Source: Myxococcota bacterium (GTDB lineage Bacteria > Myxococcota_A > UBA9160 > JAFDDA01). From it: a stretch of DNA of 64,000 nt. The position numbers were made by a program, and so were the translations under genes. Every line of letters begins with the position of its first letter. The stretch's first letter is position 1. Shown here in pieces: positions 12,017-20,911 of the stretch. The stretch covers positions 4,032,001 to 4,096,000 of the forward strand of contig OZ245817.1 in the NCBI GenBank assembly GCA_965228475.1. The letters run 5' to 3'. The notes beneath the pieces are model-generated. The model did no database searches, had not been told where the DNA came from, and saw only the letters and a list, made by a program, of their open reading frames with translations.

Positions 12017-12628
12017 GTGGCAAGAGAACGGCCGAGAGAGCGCCGGAGAAGGCCGGCCGCCGAGGCCCGGCGGCGGATCCTCGAGGCGGCGGAGAAGCAC
12101 CTCGTCGAACGCGGTCCCGAGGGCGTCCGCGTCCAGAGCCTCGCGCGGGAGCTCGGCATCACCGACGCCGCGATCCATTACCACTTCGGGTCACGCGAGG
12201 CGCTCCTCACGGCGCTCCTCGAGTTCGGCGGGCGGGAGCTGCGCGCGGCCCTCGAAGCGGCGGTCGGCCCGAGCCTTTCCGAGGAGCTCGACCTGCCCGC
12301 CTTCCTCTCCGCCGCGACGTCGATCTTCCGGGACCGCGGCTATTCGCGCCTGGCACTCTGGCTCTCGGCTTCGGGGTGGCGCAGCCGGGGGTCCGGCCTC
12401 TTCGACGATCTCGTCGGCGGAATCCGGGCCGCGCGTCCCGGGCGGAGCCTCGAGGAGGCTCGCCACCTCGGCGCGACCATCGCCCTCCTCCTGATGGCCG
12501 AGCCGATCTTCGGGGAGGCCGCACGCCGAAGCGTCTCCCTTCCCGCCGGGCCGGAGGCGGGCAGGCGCTTCGAACGCTTCCTCGCGCGAAACCTGACGAG
12601 CTGGGTGGAGGGGGAAGTCCCCGGCTAG
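12017..12628 (+). CDS. TetR/AcrR family transcriptional regulator
   Basis: RRRILEAAEKHLVERGPEGVRVQSLARELGITDAAIHYHFGSREALL helix-turn-helix. Confidence 0.93.
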   Translation: MARERPRERRRRPAAEARRRILEAAEKHLVERGPEGVRVQSLARELGITDAAIHYHFGSREALLTALLEFGGRELRAALEAAVGPSLSEELDLPAFLSAATSIFRDRGYSRLALWLSASGWRSRGSGLFDDLVGGIRAARPGRSLEEARHLGATIALLLMAEPIFGEAARRSVSLPAGPEAGRRFERFLARNLTSWVEGEVPG

Positions 12629-13425
12629 CCGAGCACGATGCGGTGCCCGGGGGCCTCGAGCGTCTTCGCGGCCGGGTCGAGCGTCACCGTCGCGGAGCCA
12701 TCGGCGGCGAGGGGCTGCGGCTCGCTGCGCGTGCGCTTGTCGCCCTCGATCGTGATCGCGGCGCGCCGGCCGGCGGCGTCGCAGAAGAGAAGCTCGGCAT
12801 GCCCTCCGCTCGGACGGCTCTCGCACCACTCGGCCGCACCGTCGACGGAGTCGAACTGGTGGAGGCAGTTCTGCAGCAGCAGGAAGGCCGGGCCTTCGCA
12901 GGCATCGGGCTCCGTCCGCCCGGGCGAGCGCGCCGCGCAGGCCAGGCCGCCCGCGTTCACGCCGGCGTAGGCGCCCGGGAGCCAGGGCAGCGTCCACTCG
13001 ACCGAGGGGATGTAGGCGTCGGGCTCCGCGCGGCGCAGGAGGCCCGGTTCCTCGGGCGAGGCCAGGGTGATGCGTCCGTCGGGACCGAGCCCGACCCGAA
13101 GCGTCGCGCCGACGCCTTCCGGCGTGCGCTCGCGCGCGAGCAGGTAGTGGAGACCGAGTTCCGAGACGTCGGCGCCTCGCGAGAGGCCGATCACCCGCTC
13201 GTCGAGGTGCGGGAAGTGGCGTCGGACGTCGCGCGCGGTGCGCTGCGCACGGCCGTGGCCACGCGGCCCCTCGAACGGGCGCCAGCGGCCGAGCCAATCC
13301 CCACGGCCGCCGACGCGGCGCACGCGCTCGGCGATCTCCGCTTCGAAGGCACGGCCCTGCGCGAGCCCCATGTCCCGCGGCGCGCCTTCGCAAGCCAGGA
13401 GAGGCAGGGAACCGGACTCGGTCAT
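12625..13425 (-). CDS. Divergent C45/Ntn-hydrolase-like protein, catalytic Cys apparently absent
   Basis: EGAPRDMGLAQG N-terminus and AGVNAGGLA motif resemble the C45 family; 4-bp overlap with the larE stop. Confidence 0.55.
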   Translation of the reverse strand: MTESGSLPLLACEGAPRDMGLAQGRAFEAEIAERVRRVGGRGDWLGRWRPFEGPRGHGRAQRTARDVRRHFPHLDERVIGLSRGADVSELGLHYLLARERTPEGVGATLRVGLGPDGRITLASPEEPGLLRRAEPDAYIPSVEWTLPWLPGAYAGVNAGGLACAARSPGRTEPDACEGPAFLLLQNCLHQFDSVDGAAEWCESRPSGGHAELLFCDAAGRRAAITIEGDKRTRSEPQPLAADGSATVTLDPAAKTLEAPGHRIVLG

Positions 13426-14288
13426 TCGGCCTTGGCCCGGTCGTCCGCGGAGAGCACGGCGTTGAGCGAGCCCGTGCGGTAGCCCTCGAGGTCGAGCGAG
13501 ACCCAGCGGAAACCGAGCGGCTTGATCTTCGAAACCATGGCTTCGACCATCGCCGGGTCGAGCGCGCGCGCCATCTCGGCCGGGTCGATCTCGATGCGCG
13601 CGACGTGGCCGTGGTGGCGCAGCCGGATCTGCCGGAAGCCGAGGGCGTGGAGCGCGGCCTCGCCTTCCTCGACCTGGCGCAGGCGTTCGGGCGTGACCTC
13701 GAGACCGTAGGCCAGCCGCGAACTCAGACACGCCGAGGCCGGCAGGTCCGCAGTCGGCAGCCCGGCCGCGCGAGAGAGCGCCCGGATCTCCTCCTTCGAG
13801 AGGCCCGCATCGACCAGCGGCGAGAGCACGCCGTGCTCGCCGGCGGCGCGGTGGCCGGGGCGGAAGTCGCGCTTGTCGTCGGTGTTGATGCCGTAGGCGA
13901 CGGCGGCGAAGTCGAGCTCGCCGGCGACGTGGTCGAGCACGTCGAACAGTTCGTTCTTGCAGAAGTAGCAGCGGTCCGCCTGGTTCCGGCGATAGCCCTC
14001 GTGCTCCATCTCCCGCGTATCGACGAAGCGGTGCGCGAGGCCGTTCTCGCGGACGATCCGCTCGGCCACGGCGCGGTGGCTCTCCGGGTAGGAGGGCGAG
14101 ACCGCCGTCACCGAGAGGGCGTCTTCGCCGAGGGCGCGGTGGGCGGCCCAGGCCAGGTAGCTCGAATCCACGCCGCCCGAGAAGGCCACGATCACGCGGC
14201 CGGCCTGGCGGAGGGTCTCGAGCAGGGCCTCCTGCTTGGCCGCGAGCTCGGGCGCGAGCGTCGTCTGTGAGGGGGAAATCGCTGCCAT
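13422..14288 (-). CDS. larE: LarE-family ATP-dependent sulfur transferase
   Basis: PP-loop AFSGGVDS, RCYFCK, DFRPG, SACLSSR, RLRHHG, LDLEGYRTGSLN. Confidence 0.93.
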   Translation of the reverse strand: MAAISPSQTTLAPELAAKQEALLETLRQAGRVIVAFSGGVDSSYLAWAAHRALGEDALSVTAVSPSYPESHRAVAERIVRENGLAHRFVDTREMEHEGYRRNQADRCYFCKNELFDVLDHVAGELDFAAVAYGINTDDKRDFRPGHRAAGEHGVLSPLVDAGLSKEEIRALSRAAGLPTADLPASACLSSRLAYGLEVTPERLRQVEEGEAALHALGFRQIRLRHHGHVARIEIDPAEMARALDPAMVEAMVSKIKPLGFRWVSLDLEGYRTGSLNAVLSADDRAKAE

Positions 14289-14356
14289 CGCGGCAGGGTA
14301 GCCGCTCCGCCCCGCGAAATCCTATGCTCCCCGGGGCAAGCAGAGCTGGGGGGCTC

Positions 14357-15442
14357 ATGGACAAGCTGCGCGTGGGATTGCTGTTCGGGGGCCGCTCGGT
14401 CGAGCACGAGGTCTCCCTGGCCTCGGCCGCATCGATCCTCCAGGCCCTCGACCCGAACCGCTACGACGTTCGCCTCCTGTGCGTGGACCACGACGGCCGC
14501 TGGCACCTGGCCGCGCCGGGGGCGCTGCCCGAGACGGCCGTGCGGGGCGAGGAGGTCCACCTCCCGGCGGCCCCCGGCGAGGGCGCGCTCCAGGCCGCGA
14601 GCACCGGCGCGCCGGTCGCGAGCCTCGACGTCGTGATCCCGATGATCCACGGCACGGGCGGCGAGGACGGCTGCGTACAGGGCCTGCTCGAACTCTCGGG
14701 CGTCCCCTACGTCGGCTCGGGCGTGCTCGGCTCGGCGATCCAGATGGACAAGGAAGTTTCGAAGCGTCTGCTCGCGGCGGCGGGCCTGCCGGTGGTGCCG
14801 GGCATCGCCGTCACCCGCTACGACTTCGAGCGCGACCGTGCCGGCACGGTCGAGCGCGCCCTGCGTGAGGTGGGCCTGCCGCTCTTCGTGAAGCCCGCGA
14901 ACCTCGGCTCCTCGGTCGGCATCAGCAAGGTCGAAACGCGCGAGGCGCTCGAGCCGGCCCTCGCCGAGGCCGCACGCTACGACGCGAAGTTCCTGGTCGA
15001 GCGCGCCGTCAACGCGCGGGAGATCGAGGTCGGCGTGATCGGCCACCACGCGCCCGAAGCCTCCGTGCCGGGCGAGATCGTCCCCAAGCGCGACTGGTAC
15101 GACTACCACGCCAAGTACGCCGACGACGAGACCGAGCTCAAGATCCCCGCGGACCTCGACGAAGCGCGGACCGAAGAGATCCGCGCGCTCGCCATCGAAG
15201 CCTACCGCTGCCTCGAAGGCAGCGGCCTCGGCCGCATCGATTTCTTCCTGTGCCGCGACACCGGCCAGTTCTACGTGAGCGAAGTGAACGCCCTCCCCGG
15301 CTTCACCGAGATGAGCATGTTCCCGCGCCTCTGGCAGTCGACCGGCCTCCCCTACACCGCGCTCCTCGACCGCCTGATCGAGCAGGCCATCGAGAGCCAT
15401 CGCGAGCGCGAGGGGCAGGAGACGGTCTACCGGGCCCCGTGA
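14357..15442 (+). CDS. ddl: D-alanine--D-alanine ligase
   Basis: LFGGRSVEHEVS, HGTGGEDG, VKPANLGSSVG, YDYHAKY, EVNALPGFT. Confidence 0.96.
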   Translation: MDKLRVGLLFGGRSVEHEVSLASAASILQALDPNRYDVRLLCVDHDGRWHLAAPGALPETAVRGEEVHLPAAPGEGALQAASTGAPVASLDVVIPMIHGTGGEDGCVQGLLELSGVPYVGSGVLGSAIQMDKEVSKRLLAAAGLPVVPGIAVTRYDFERDRAGTVERALREVGLPLFVKPANLGSSVGISKVETREALEPALAEAARYDAKFLVERAVNAREIEVGVIGHHAPEASVPGEIVPKRDWYDYHAKYADDETELKIPADLDEARTEEIRALAIEAYRCLEGSGLGRIDFFLCRDTGQFYVSEVNALPGFTEMSMFPRLWQSTGLPYTALLDRLIEQAIESHREREGQETVYRAP

Positions 15443-15861
15443 GCAAGCCTGCGCACGCCATCGTCGGCCTCGACCACGTCGTCCTGCGCGTCGCCGACGT
15501 CCCGCGCGCCATCGCCTTCTACTGCGACGTCCTCGGCTGCAGCGTCGAGCGCGAACTCCCGGAGCTCGGCCTCCACCAGCTCCGCGCCGGCAGCGCCATC
15601 ATCGACCTGGCCGGCGTCGATACGCCCATCGGCAAGGCCGGCGGCGGCCCGCCGGCCCCGGACGGCAAGAACATGGATCACTTCTGCGTGCGCGTGGAGC
15701 CCTTCGACGAGGATGCGCTGCGCGCGCACCTCGGCGCGCACGGCATCGAGGTCAGCGAATCGGGCATCCGCTACGGCGCGGAAGGCAACGGGCCCTCGAT
15801 CTACATCCAGGATCCGGACGGGAACACGGTGGAGCTGAAGGGGCCGCCGGTCGGCGACTAG
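15439..15861 (+). CDS. VOC/glyoxalase family protein
   Basis: LDHVVLRV...FYCDVLG...NMDHFC...SIYIQDPDGNTVELK; GTG start overlaps the ddl stop. Confidence 0.9.
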   Translation: MSKPAHAIVGLDHVVLRVADVPRAIAFYCDVLGCSVERELPELGLHQLRAGSAIIDLAGVDTPIGKAGGGPPAPDGKNMDHFCVRVEPFDEDALRAHLGAHGIEVSESGIRYGAEGNGPSIYIQDPDGNTVELKGPPVGD

Positions 15862-15871
15862 CCACTGCCAG

Positions 15872-18175
15872 TCACTCGAAGACTCCATAGCTCTGACAGG
15901 TCACGAAGTTCCGATCGTCGGGGCCCAGGAGATCGATGCAGAAGCTCAGGTTGCAGAAGCCGACCAGCCCGGGGACCACATCCAGCTGAGCGGTCATGGT
16001 CCGCACGAGGTCGGAGTCGTCTCCGTCCTCGTCGAAGAATGCCGACACGTCGAGCTGGCGCGCCTCCGCGTCGATTGGAACGCCGCCGAACGAGACCTCT
16101 TCGCACCGGAACGAGCTCATGGAGATCGAGCGCTCATCGGGATCGGTCTCGGTGTCGTCCTGGCTGGTCAGCACGAACTCGATCGGTGTCGGGACCGAGA
16201 TCGTTCCGCTCGGTGGCGTGAACGTCAGGAGAAGGCCGGCGTTCACCACGCGAGCGAACTCCTCCCCGAAGGCGGGGTTTCGGTTTCGATCCTCCCCGCT
16301 GGCGTGGATGCTGAAGGGACAGAACCAAGGCGCGTCACACGCGATCCGTCCTTCGAGAACGACATCTCCGTTCGACTCGATCGTGAGATCGAAAAGGTGC
16401 GTGACGTCGACGCCCTCGTAGTAGCCGTTGGAGGCCGGCTCGGCCGAGAACAGGAAGATCGGGGGAGGAAACTCGGGGAACGGAGGCGGGCTGGGCGGAG
16501 GGGCCGGCAGTCCGTTGATGGTGAAACCGGAACCGCCTCGGAACATCACCCGCACCGAGCCGGGGTCGACACCGGACCCTTCGTCGCGCAGCCGGATCTC
16601 GACGTCCGAGAAGTCGAAACTCTCCGGCTCGATCGAAACGATGATCTCTGGCGGATCCGTTTCGAAGACGCAGGCCAGGTCCTCGAAGGAGAAGGGCGTG
16701 AGGGTGCCGCCGAAGGTCGTGTCGGGAATCAGGTCGTAGTCGGCCTGGTTGCCGGTGAACGGCGGAAGCAGGGATCGCGGGGAGACCTCGAAGAATGCGC
16801 CCGCATCCAGGAACGGTTCACCGCAGACGAGGAGCTTCGGGAACCGTGTCGGTCCGAGCAGGGAGTCTTCGAGCCGCTGGAGACGCATCCGCAGGGCCTG
16901 CTCGTCCGCAGGCGTCTCGAAGACGAGGGAGAGCAGGTCATCGGAGGGATCGTCCGGCTCCGCGAGAGCGCTGTCGACGGCGGCCTTCGCCAGGGCCGTG
17001 GTCCAGAGGAACTCGTCGACCGCGGCGACGGCCATGGCCTGGCCATCCTCGAACTCGAGCAGGTTCGGATGGTCGGCGAGGATCTGCTCGACGCCTCCGA
17101 GCGGGCCGAGCCGGATCGACTCGCAGATGTCCTGGAGATCGACCTGCGCGTCGTAGGACATCAACCAGATCAGGATGCCTCGCAAGAAGTGGAGCCCCGC
17201 ACGAAGCGCGAGTGCATCCGTCTCGTCGAGCTCTACGGACATCGGGGGTCCGAGAGCCGCGGGCATGTCGCAGCTTCCGTCCCAGACCGGCTGCAGGGCC
17301 TCGAGTGCTGCGAGCTCCGCCAGGGCCTGATCCAACGCCGGGAGAAGCTCGGTCTCGATCGCCGCCTGGAAGGCGGAGACATCGAGCGGGCCGTCGACGA
17401 AGCAGCTCTCCTTGGCTTCGTCGCGAGAGGCGAACCACATGAAGGGGTTGCGCCCAAGCTCGCTGAAGCCGAGTGCGTCGAGCACCTCCCGGATCGTGTC
17501 CACCCGGCTCGGGTCGCCGTCGTCCGCCTGCTCCAGGAAGGGACGCAGGGAGCGCGTGAAGCCACGGAAGAGGGTCGCCGCCCCGAAGGTCAGTCCGGAG
17601 CCGGCCGGGGGCATGCCCGGGTCGTCGACGTTCAGGCCGGCGAGGCACGCGTCGAGAAGATCGTCGGCCGCGAGGAGGTCGCGGTCCACGCAGAGCGCAT
17701 CGGCCGCCGCGGCGCAGACGGCGTTGGGCCCGGGCGGACACGCGGGGCCACTGCAGCCGAGCTGGAGGGCTCCGCACGCCGGCCCGCAGTTCGCTCCCGG
17801 GGCGCCCAGGTGGAAGCCCGGAAAGAACGCCAGGAAGTCGTCGATGTTGACGAAGCCATCACCCGTCATGTCCGTGCCGCTGCCGGGCTCCGGCACCCCG
17901 ACGATGAACTCGGGCAGGAAGGCGTTGAAGTCTTCGACGTTGCAGAACCCGTCGCCGGTAAAGTCACAATCGCAGGCGTTCCCCGTGCCGTCCGCATCGT
18001 CGTCCGGCTGGCCGCCGACGGTCGTCTGGCCGGGAAGCGGCGGAACCGTCCGCGGGTTCGGAACCGAGGGGCAGTTGTCCACCAGGTCGTCGACACCGTC
18101 GAGATCGCTGTCGAGGGCAATGGCTGGGGATGAAGTCAGCAGGAGCCCAAACACTACCAGGAGCGAAACTCCCAT
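15872..18175 (-). CDS. Large secreted protein with TSP3-like and dockerin/EF-hand-like Ca-binding N-terminal module (paralog A)
   Basis: Signal peptide, DSDLDGVDDLVDNCP, DDDADGTGNACD, paired DFTGDGFCNVEDF and DMTGDGFVNIDDF loops; full-length similarity to 18568..20838. Confidence 0.8.
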   Translation of the reverse strand: MGVSLLVVFGLLLTSSPAIALDSDLDGVDDLVDNCPSVPNPRTVPPLPGQTTVGGQPDDDADGTGNACDCDFTGDGFCNVEDFNAFLPEFIVGVPEPGSGTDMTGDGFVNIDDFLAFFPGFHLGAPGANCGPACGALQLGCSGPACPPGPNAVCAAAADALCVDRDLLAADDLLDACLAGLNVDDPGMPPAGSGLTFGAATLFRGFTRSLRPFLEQADDGDPSRVDTIREVLDALGFSELGRNPFMWFASRDEAKESCFVDGPLDVSAFQAAIETELLPALDQALAELAALEALQPVWDGSCDMPAALGPPMSVELDETDALALRAGLHFLRGILIWLMSYDAQVDLQDICESIRLGPLGGVEQILADHPNLLEFEDGQAMAVAAVDEFLWTTALAKAAVDSALAEPDDPSDDLLSLVFETPADEQALRMRLQRLEDSLLGPTRFPKLLVCGEPFLDAGAFFEVSPRSLLPPFTGNQADYDLIPDTTFGGTLTPFSFEDLACVFETDPPEIIVSIEPESFDFSDVEIRLRDEGSGVDPGSVRVMFRGGSGFTINGLPAPPPSPPPFPEFPPPIFLFSAEPASNGYYEGVDVTHLFDLTIESNGDVVLEGRIACDAPWFCPFSIHASGEDRNRNPAFGEEFARVVNAGLLLTFTPPSGTISVPTPIEFVLTSQDDTETDPDERSISMSSFRCEEVSFGGVPIDAEARQLDVSAFFDEDGDDSDLVRTMTAQLDVVPGLVGFCNLSFCIDLLGPDDRNFVTCQSYGVFE

Positions 18176-18178
18176 CCG

Positions 18179-18571
18179 CTACTCCACGGCCTCCAGGACC
18201 GATGCAATCAACTCGTCGATCCCGGCAATCTCGAACTCCGAGCCTGACGCGCCCAGCTTCGGGATCATGAGCTGATCCTCATCCACGAGCAACTCTCCAC
18301 CCACCCAGATACGGAGGTCGTGCATCACCGTCCCCGCCAAGAGCGGAGAACGAATGACCCCGCGCTGCCCCGAGCGCCGCTCGATCTCACCGACTTGAAC
18401 GCGGACCCTCCGGCCCTCGCTCGTCACATCGACCAGGTCCACGGAACTCGCAATCGAAGAAGACACCTCCCTCTCGGAGTGTCTGCGGTCCGACGGCAAG
18501 AACGTCACGCCAGACAGGCCGATCCAGCCCAGAACTGCGAGCGCCGTTGCGACCCGTACCCAGCCACTCAT
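18179..18571 (-). CDS. Small hypothetical protein with N-terminal hydrophobic anchor
   Basis: ATGA overlap with the stop of paralog B; stop lies 3 nt before the paralog A start; MSGWVRVATALAVLGWIGLSGVTFL. Confidence 0.6.
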   Translation of the reverse strand: MSGWVRVATALAVLGWIGLSGVTFLPSDRRHSEREVSSSIASSVDLVDVTSEGRRVRVQVGEIERRSGQRGVIRSPLLAGTVMHDLRIWVGGELLVDEDQLMIPKLGASGSEFEIAGIDELIASVLEAVE

Positions 18572-20838
18572 CGCGCCACCCTCAACGGAGGTGCACAAAC
18601 CCGCGGGAACGGGCCACCCACGCCAACAGGATCGACGCAGAAGTGCATGATGCAGGCGTACTCACTTGCTCCCAGGTCGACCGTTGCGGACAGCGTTCTC
18701 ACCTCGTCAGATGGGTCTCCGTCTTCTTGGAACAGTGTAGTGACAGGAATCTCGAACGGACTCGCATTCGCCGGCTGACCGTTCAGTGTGGTCCCTTCCG
18801 GGCACGGCGCGAACAGGGTCACGGTCTGATCGTCCGGGTCCAACACCGCGCTGTCGCGGCTTCTGATCTCGAGCGCGAGTTCCAGGGGTGCGAGCTCGAG
18901 TGAGAAGATGCTCCCTGGAGGACTGATCCGAAGCAACAGATCGTCGTTCACCACTGCGATGAAGCTTGCCCCCCTGAAGGCTTGGTTGCCGTTGCGATCC
19001 ACGATACGAGTACTCCCGGCGGCGCCACACCAAGATGCTCCATCCGCCGTCAGTCGAGCCGAGAAGATCGTCGCTCCATCCGAAGCGGTGCTTGGTGAGA
19101 ACAGATGACCCACTCCTCCGATCGAGCCGACTGGTACTGGAACGCCCTCGACTGCGTAGTCGCACTGGAACGGCTGAAGCCAGAATTCGAACGACGCGAT
19201 GTCTATCCCGCTGCCGTTGGCGGGCTCATCGACCGCTCGAACTTCGATGTCCACGAAGTCGAAGCCGACGGCGCTGAACCCATCCGAAGTTCCGATCGCC
19301 ACCGTCGGACGCTCTGCTTCGAACGAACAGGTCGCGTGCTCGGCCGTGAATCCCGGAATCGTTTGCCCGAAGGTGAAGTCCGGAAACAGACTCCCGTCGG
19401 CCTGATTTCCTTGGAACGGGGGAAGCAGCGCCCGGGGAGCGGTCTCGAAGAACGCACCTACGTCCAGAGGTGGATCGCCACAAAGGCCAAGGTTCGGGAA
19501 CTGAGTTGGACCGAGCAGCGTGTTCTCCAAGCGCTGGAGACGCTCGCGCAAGGCCTGTTCGTCCTCGTTCGATTCGAAGGCGAGCGAGAACAGGTCGTCG
19601 CCCTGGTCATCCGTTTCGGCTTTCCAGCTGTCGAACGCTGCCCGGGAGAGTGCCGCTGCCCAGAGGAAGTCGTCGAGGGCGGGCGCGGCACGGAGGTCAT
19701 CATCGCGGAACTCGAGCAAGCCGGGTCGATCCACCAGAAGCTGCTCGATCCCACCCAGGGGTCCGAGCTGCAACGTCTCGCAAGCGAGTTCGAGATCTGA
19801 TTCGACGTCGTAGGCGAGCAGCCAGCGCAGAAGGCCACGGAAAGAGTGAAGAAGAGCTCTCAGTGCAAGGGCATCAGTTTCATCGAACTCGATTCTCATC
19901 GACCCGAGGGTCGTCGGAACGTCGCATGCGCCATCCCATTGCGGCAGTTGCGCCTCGAGCGCCCCGAGCTCGGCGAGGGACTGATCGAGTGCGGGAAGCA
20001 GCTCGAGCTCTAGGGCCCGCTGGAAGTCCCCTGGGTCGAGGCCTCCGTCGACGACGCAACTGTCGGCGAGAGTGCTCCGCGTTGCCATCCAATCGAGCGG
20101 ATCACGTCCCAGCTCCGAGAAGCCGAGGGCATCGAGCACTTCCCGGATGCTATCGGTCGCGGACGGATCCCCATCGTCCGGCTGCTCGAAGAACGGCCGC
20201 AGTGCGCGGGTCAAACCGCGGAACCCCGTGGCCGCGCCGAAGGTGAGGCCCGAACCGGCGGGCGGCACGCCCGGGTCGTCGACGTTCAGGCCGGCCAGGC
20301 AGTTGGCCAGCAGATCGTCCGCCGCGACGAAGTCGCGATCGACGCAGAGCGCGTCGGCCGCCGACGCGCAGGCGGCGTTCGGGCCGGCCGGGCATTCGGG
20401 GCCGCTGCAGCCGAGCTCGAGGGCGTCGCAGGCCGGGCCGCAGCTCGGACCGGGGAAGCCGGACTGGAAGCCGACGACGAAGCGGAGGAAGTCGTCGATG
20501 TTGACGAAGCCGTCGCCGGTCATGTCGGTGCCGCTGCCGGCGCCGGGCACGCCGCTGATGAAGTCCGCGATGAACCCGTTGAAGTCGTCGACGTTGCAGA
20601 AGCCGTCGCCGGTGAAGTCGCAGTCGCAGGCGTTGCCCGTGCCGTCGAGGTCGTCGTCGGGCTGGCCGCCGACGGTGGTCTGTCCCGGAAGCGCCGGGAT
20701 CACGCGCGGGTTCGCGACGAAGGGGCAGTTGTCGACGAGGTCGTCGACGCCGTCGAGGTCCGAGTCCGCGGCCTGGGCCGGAAGGGAGAGCGAGAGCGCC
20801 GCGAGCAAGAGGAGCCAGATCCGCAAGAACGCCTCCAA
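18568..20838 (-). CDS. Large secreted protein with TSP3-like and dockerin/EF-hand-like Ca-binding N-terminal module (paralog B)
   Basis: TTG start after a purine-rich SD-like stretch, signal peptide ending AQA, same Ca-binding loops and Cys pattern as paralog A. Confidence 0.8.
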   Translation of the reverse strand: MEAFLRIWLLLLAALSLSLPAQAADSDLDGVDDLVDNCPFVANPRVIPALPGQTTVGGQPDDDLDGTGNACDCDFTGDGFCNVDDFNGFIADFISGVPGAGSGTDMTGDGFVNIDDFLRFVVGFQSGFPGPSCGPACDALELGCSGPECPAGPNAACASAADALCVDRDFVAADDLLANCLAGLNVDDPGVPPAGSGLTFGAATGFRGLTRALRPFFEQPDDGDPSATDSIREVLDALGFSELGRDPLDWMATRSTLADSCVVDGGLDPGDFQRALELELLPALDQSLAELGALEAQLPQWDGACDVPTTLGSMRIEFDETDALALRALLHSFRGLLRWLLAYDVESDLELACETLQLGPLGGIEQLLVDRPGLLEFRDDDLRAAPALDDFLWAAALSRAAFDSWKAETDDQGDDLFSLAFESNEDEQALRERLQRLENTLLGPTQFPNLGLCGDPPLDVGAFFETAPRALLPPFQGNQADGSLFPDFTFGQTIPGFTAEHATCSFEAERPTVAIGTSDGFSAVGFDFVDIEVRAVDEPANGSGIDIASFEFWLQPFQCDYAVEGVPVPVGSIGGVGHLFSPSTASDGATIFSARLTADGASWCGAAGSTRIVDRNGNQAFRGASFIAVVNDDLLLRISPPGSIFSLELAPLELALEIRSRDSAVLDPDDQTVTLFAPCPEGTTLNGQPANASPFEIPVTTLFQEDGDPSDEVRTLSATVDLGASEYACIMHFCVDPVGVGGPFPRVCAPPLRVAR

Positions 20839-20911
20839 GTGAGGCTTCCTTCTACCACACCGCGATGCGTCAGATGCGGCCGGCCGGCGCTCGCCGGCGA
20901 GGCGTCTCGCC

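Noticed and set aside
15872..20838. Diversity-generating retroelement or polymorphic toxin-immunity reading of the paralog pair
   Set aside because: No reverse transcriptase, no adenine-specific template/variable repeat pair seen, and the C-termini remain homologous rather than swapped.
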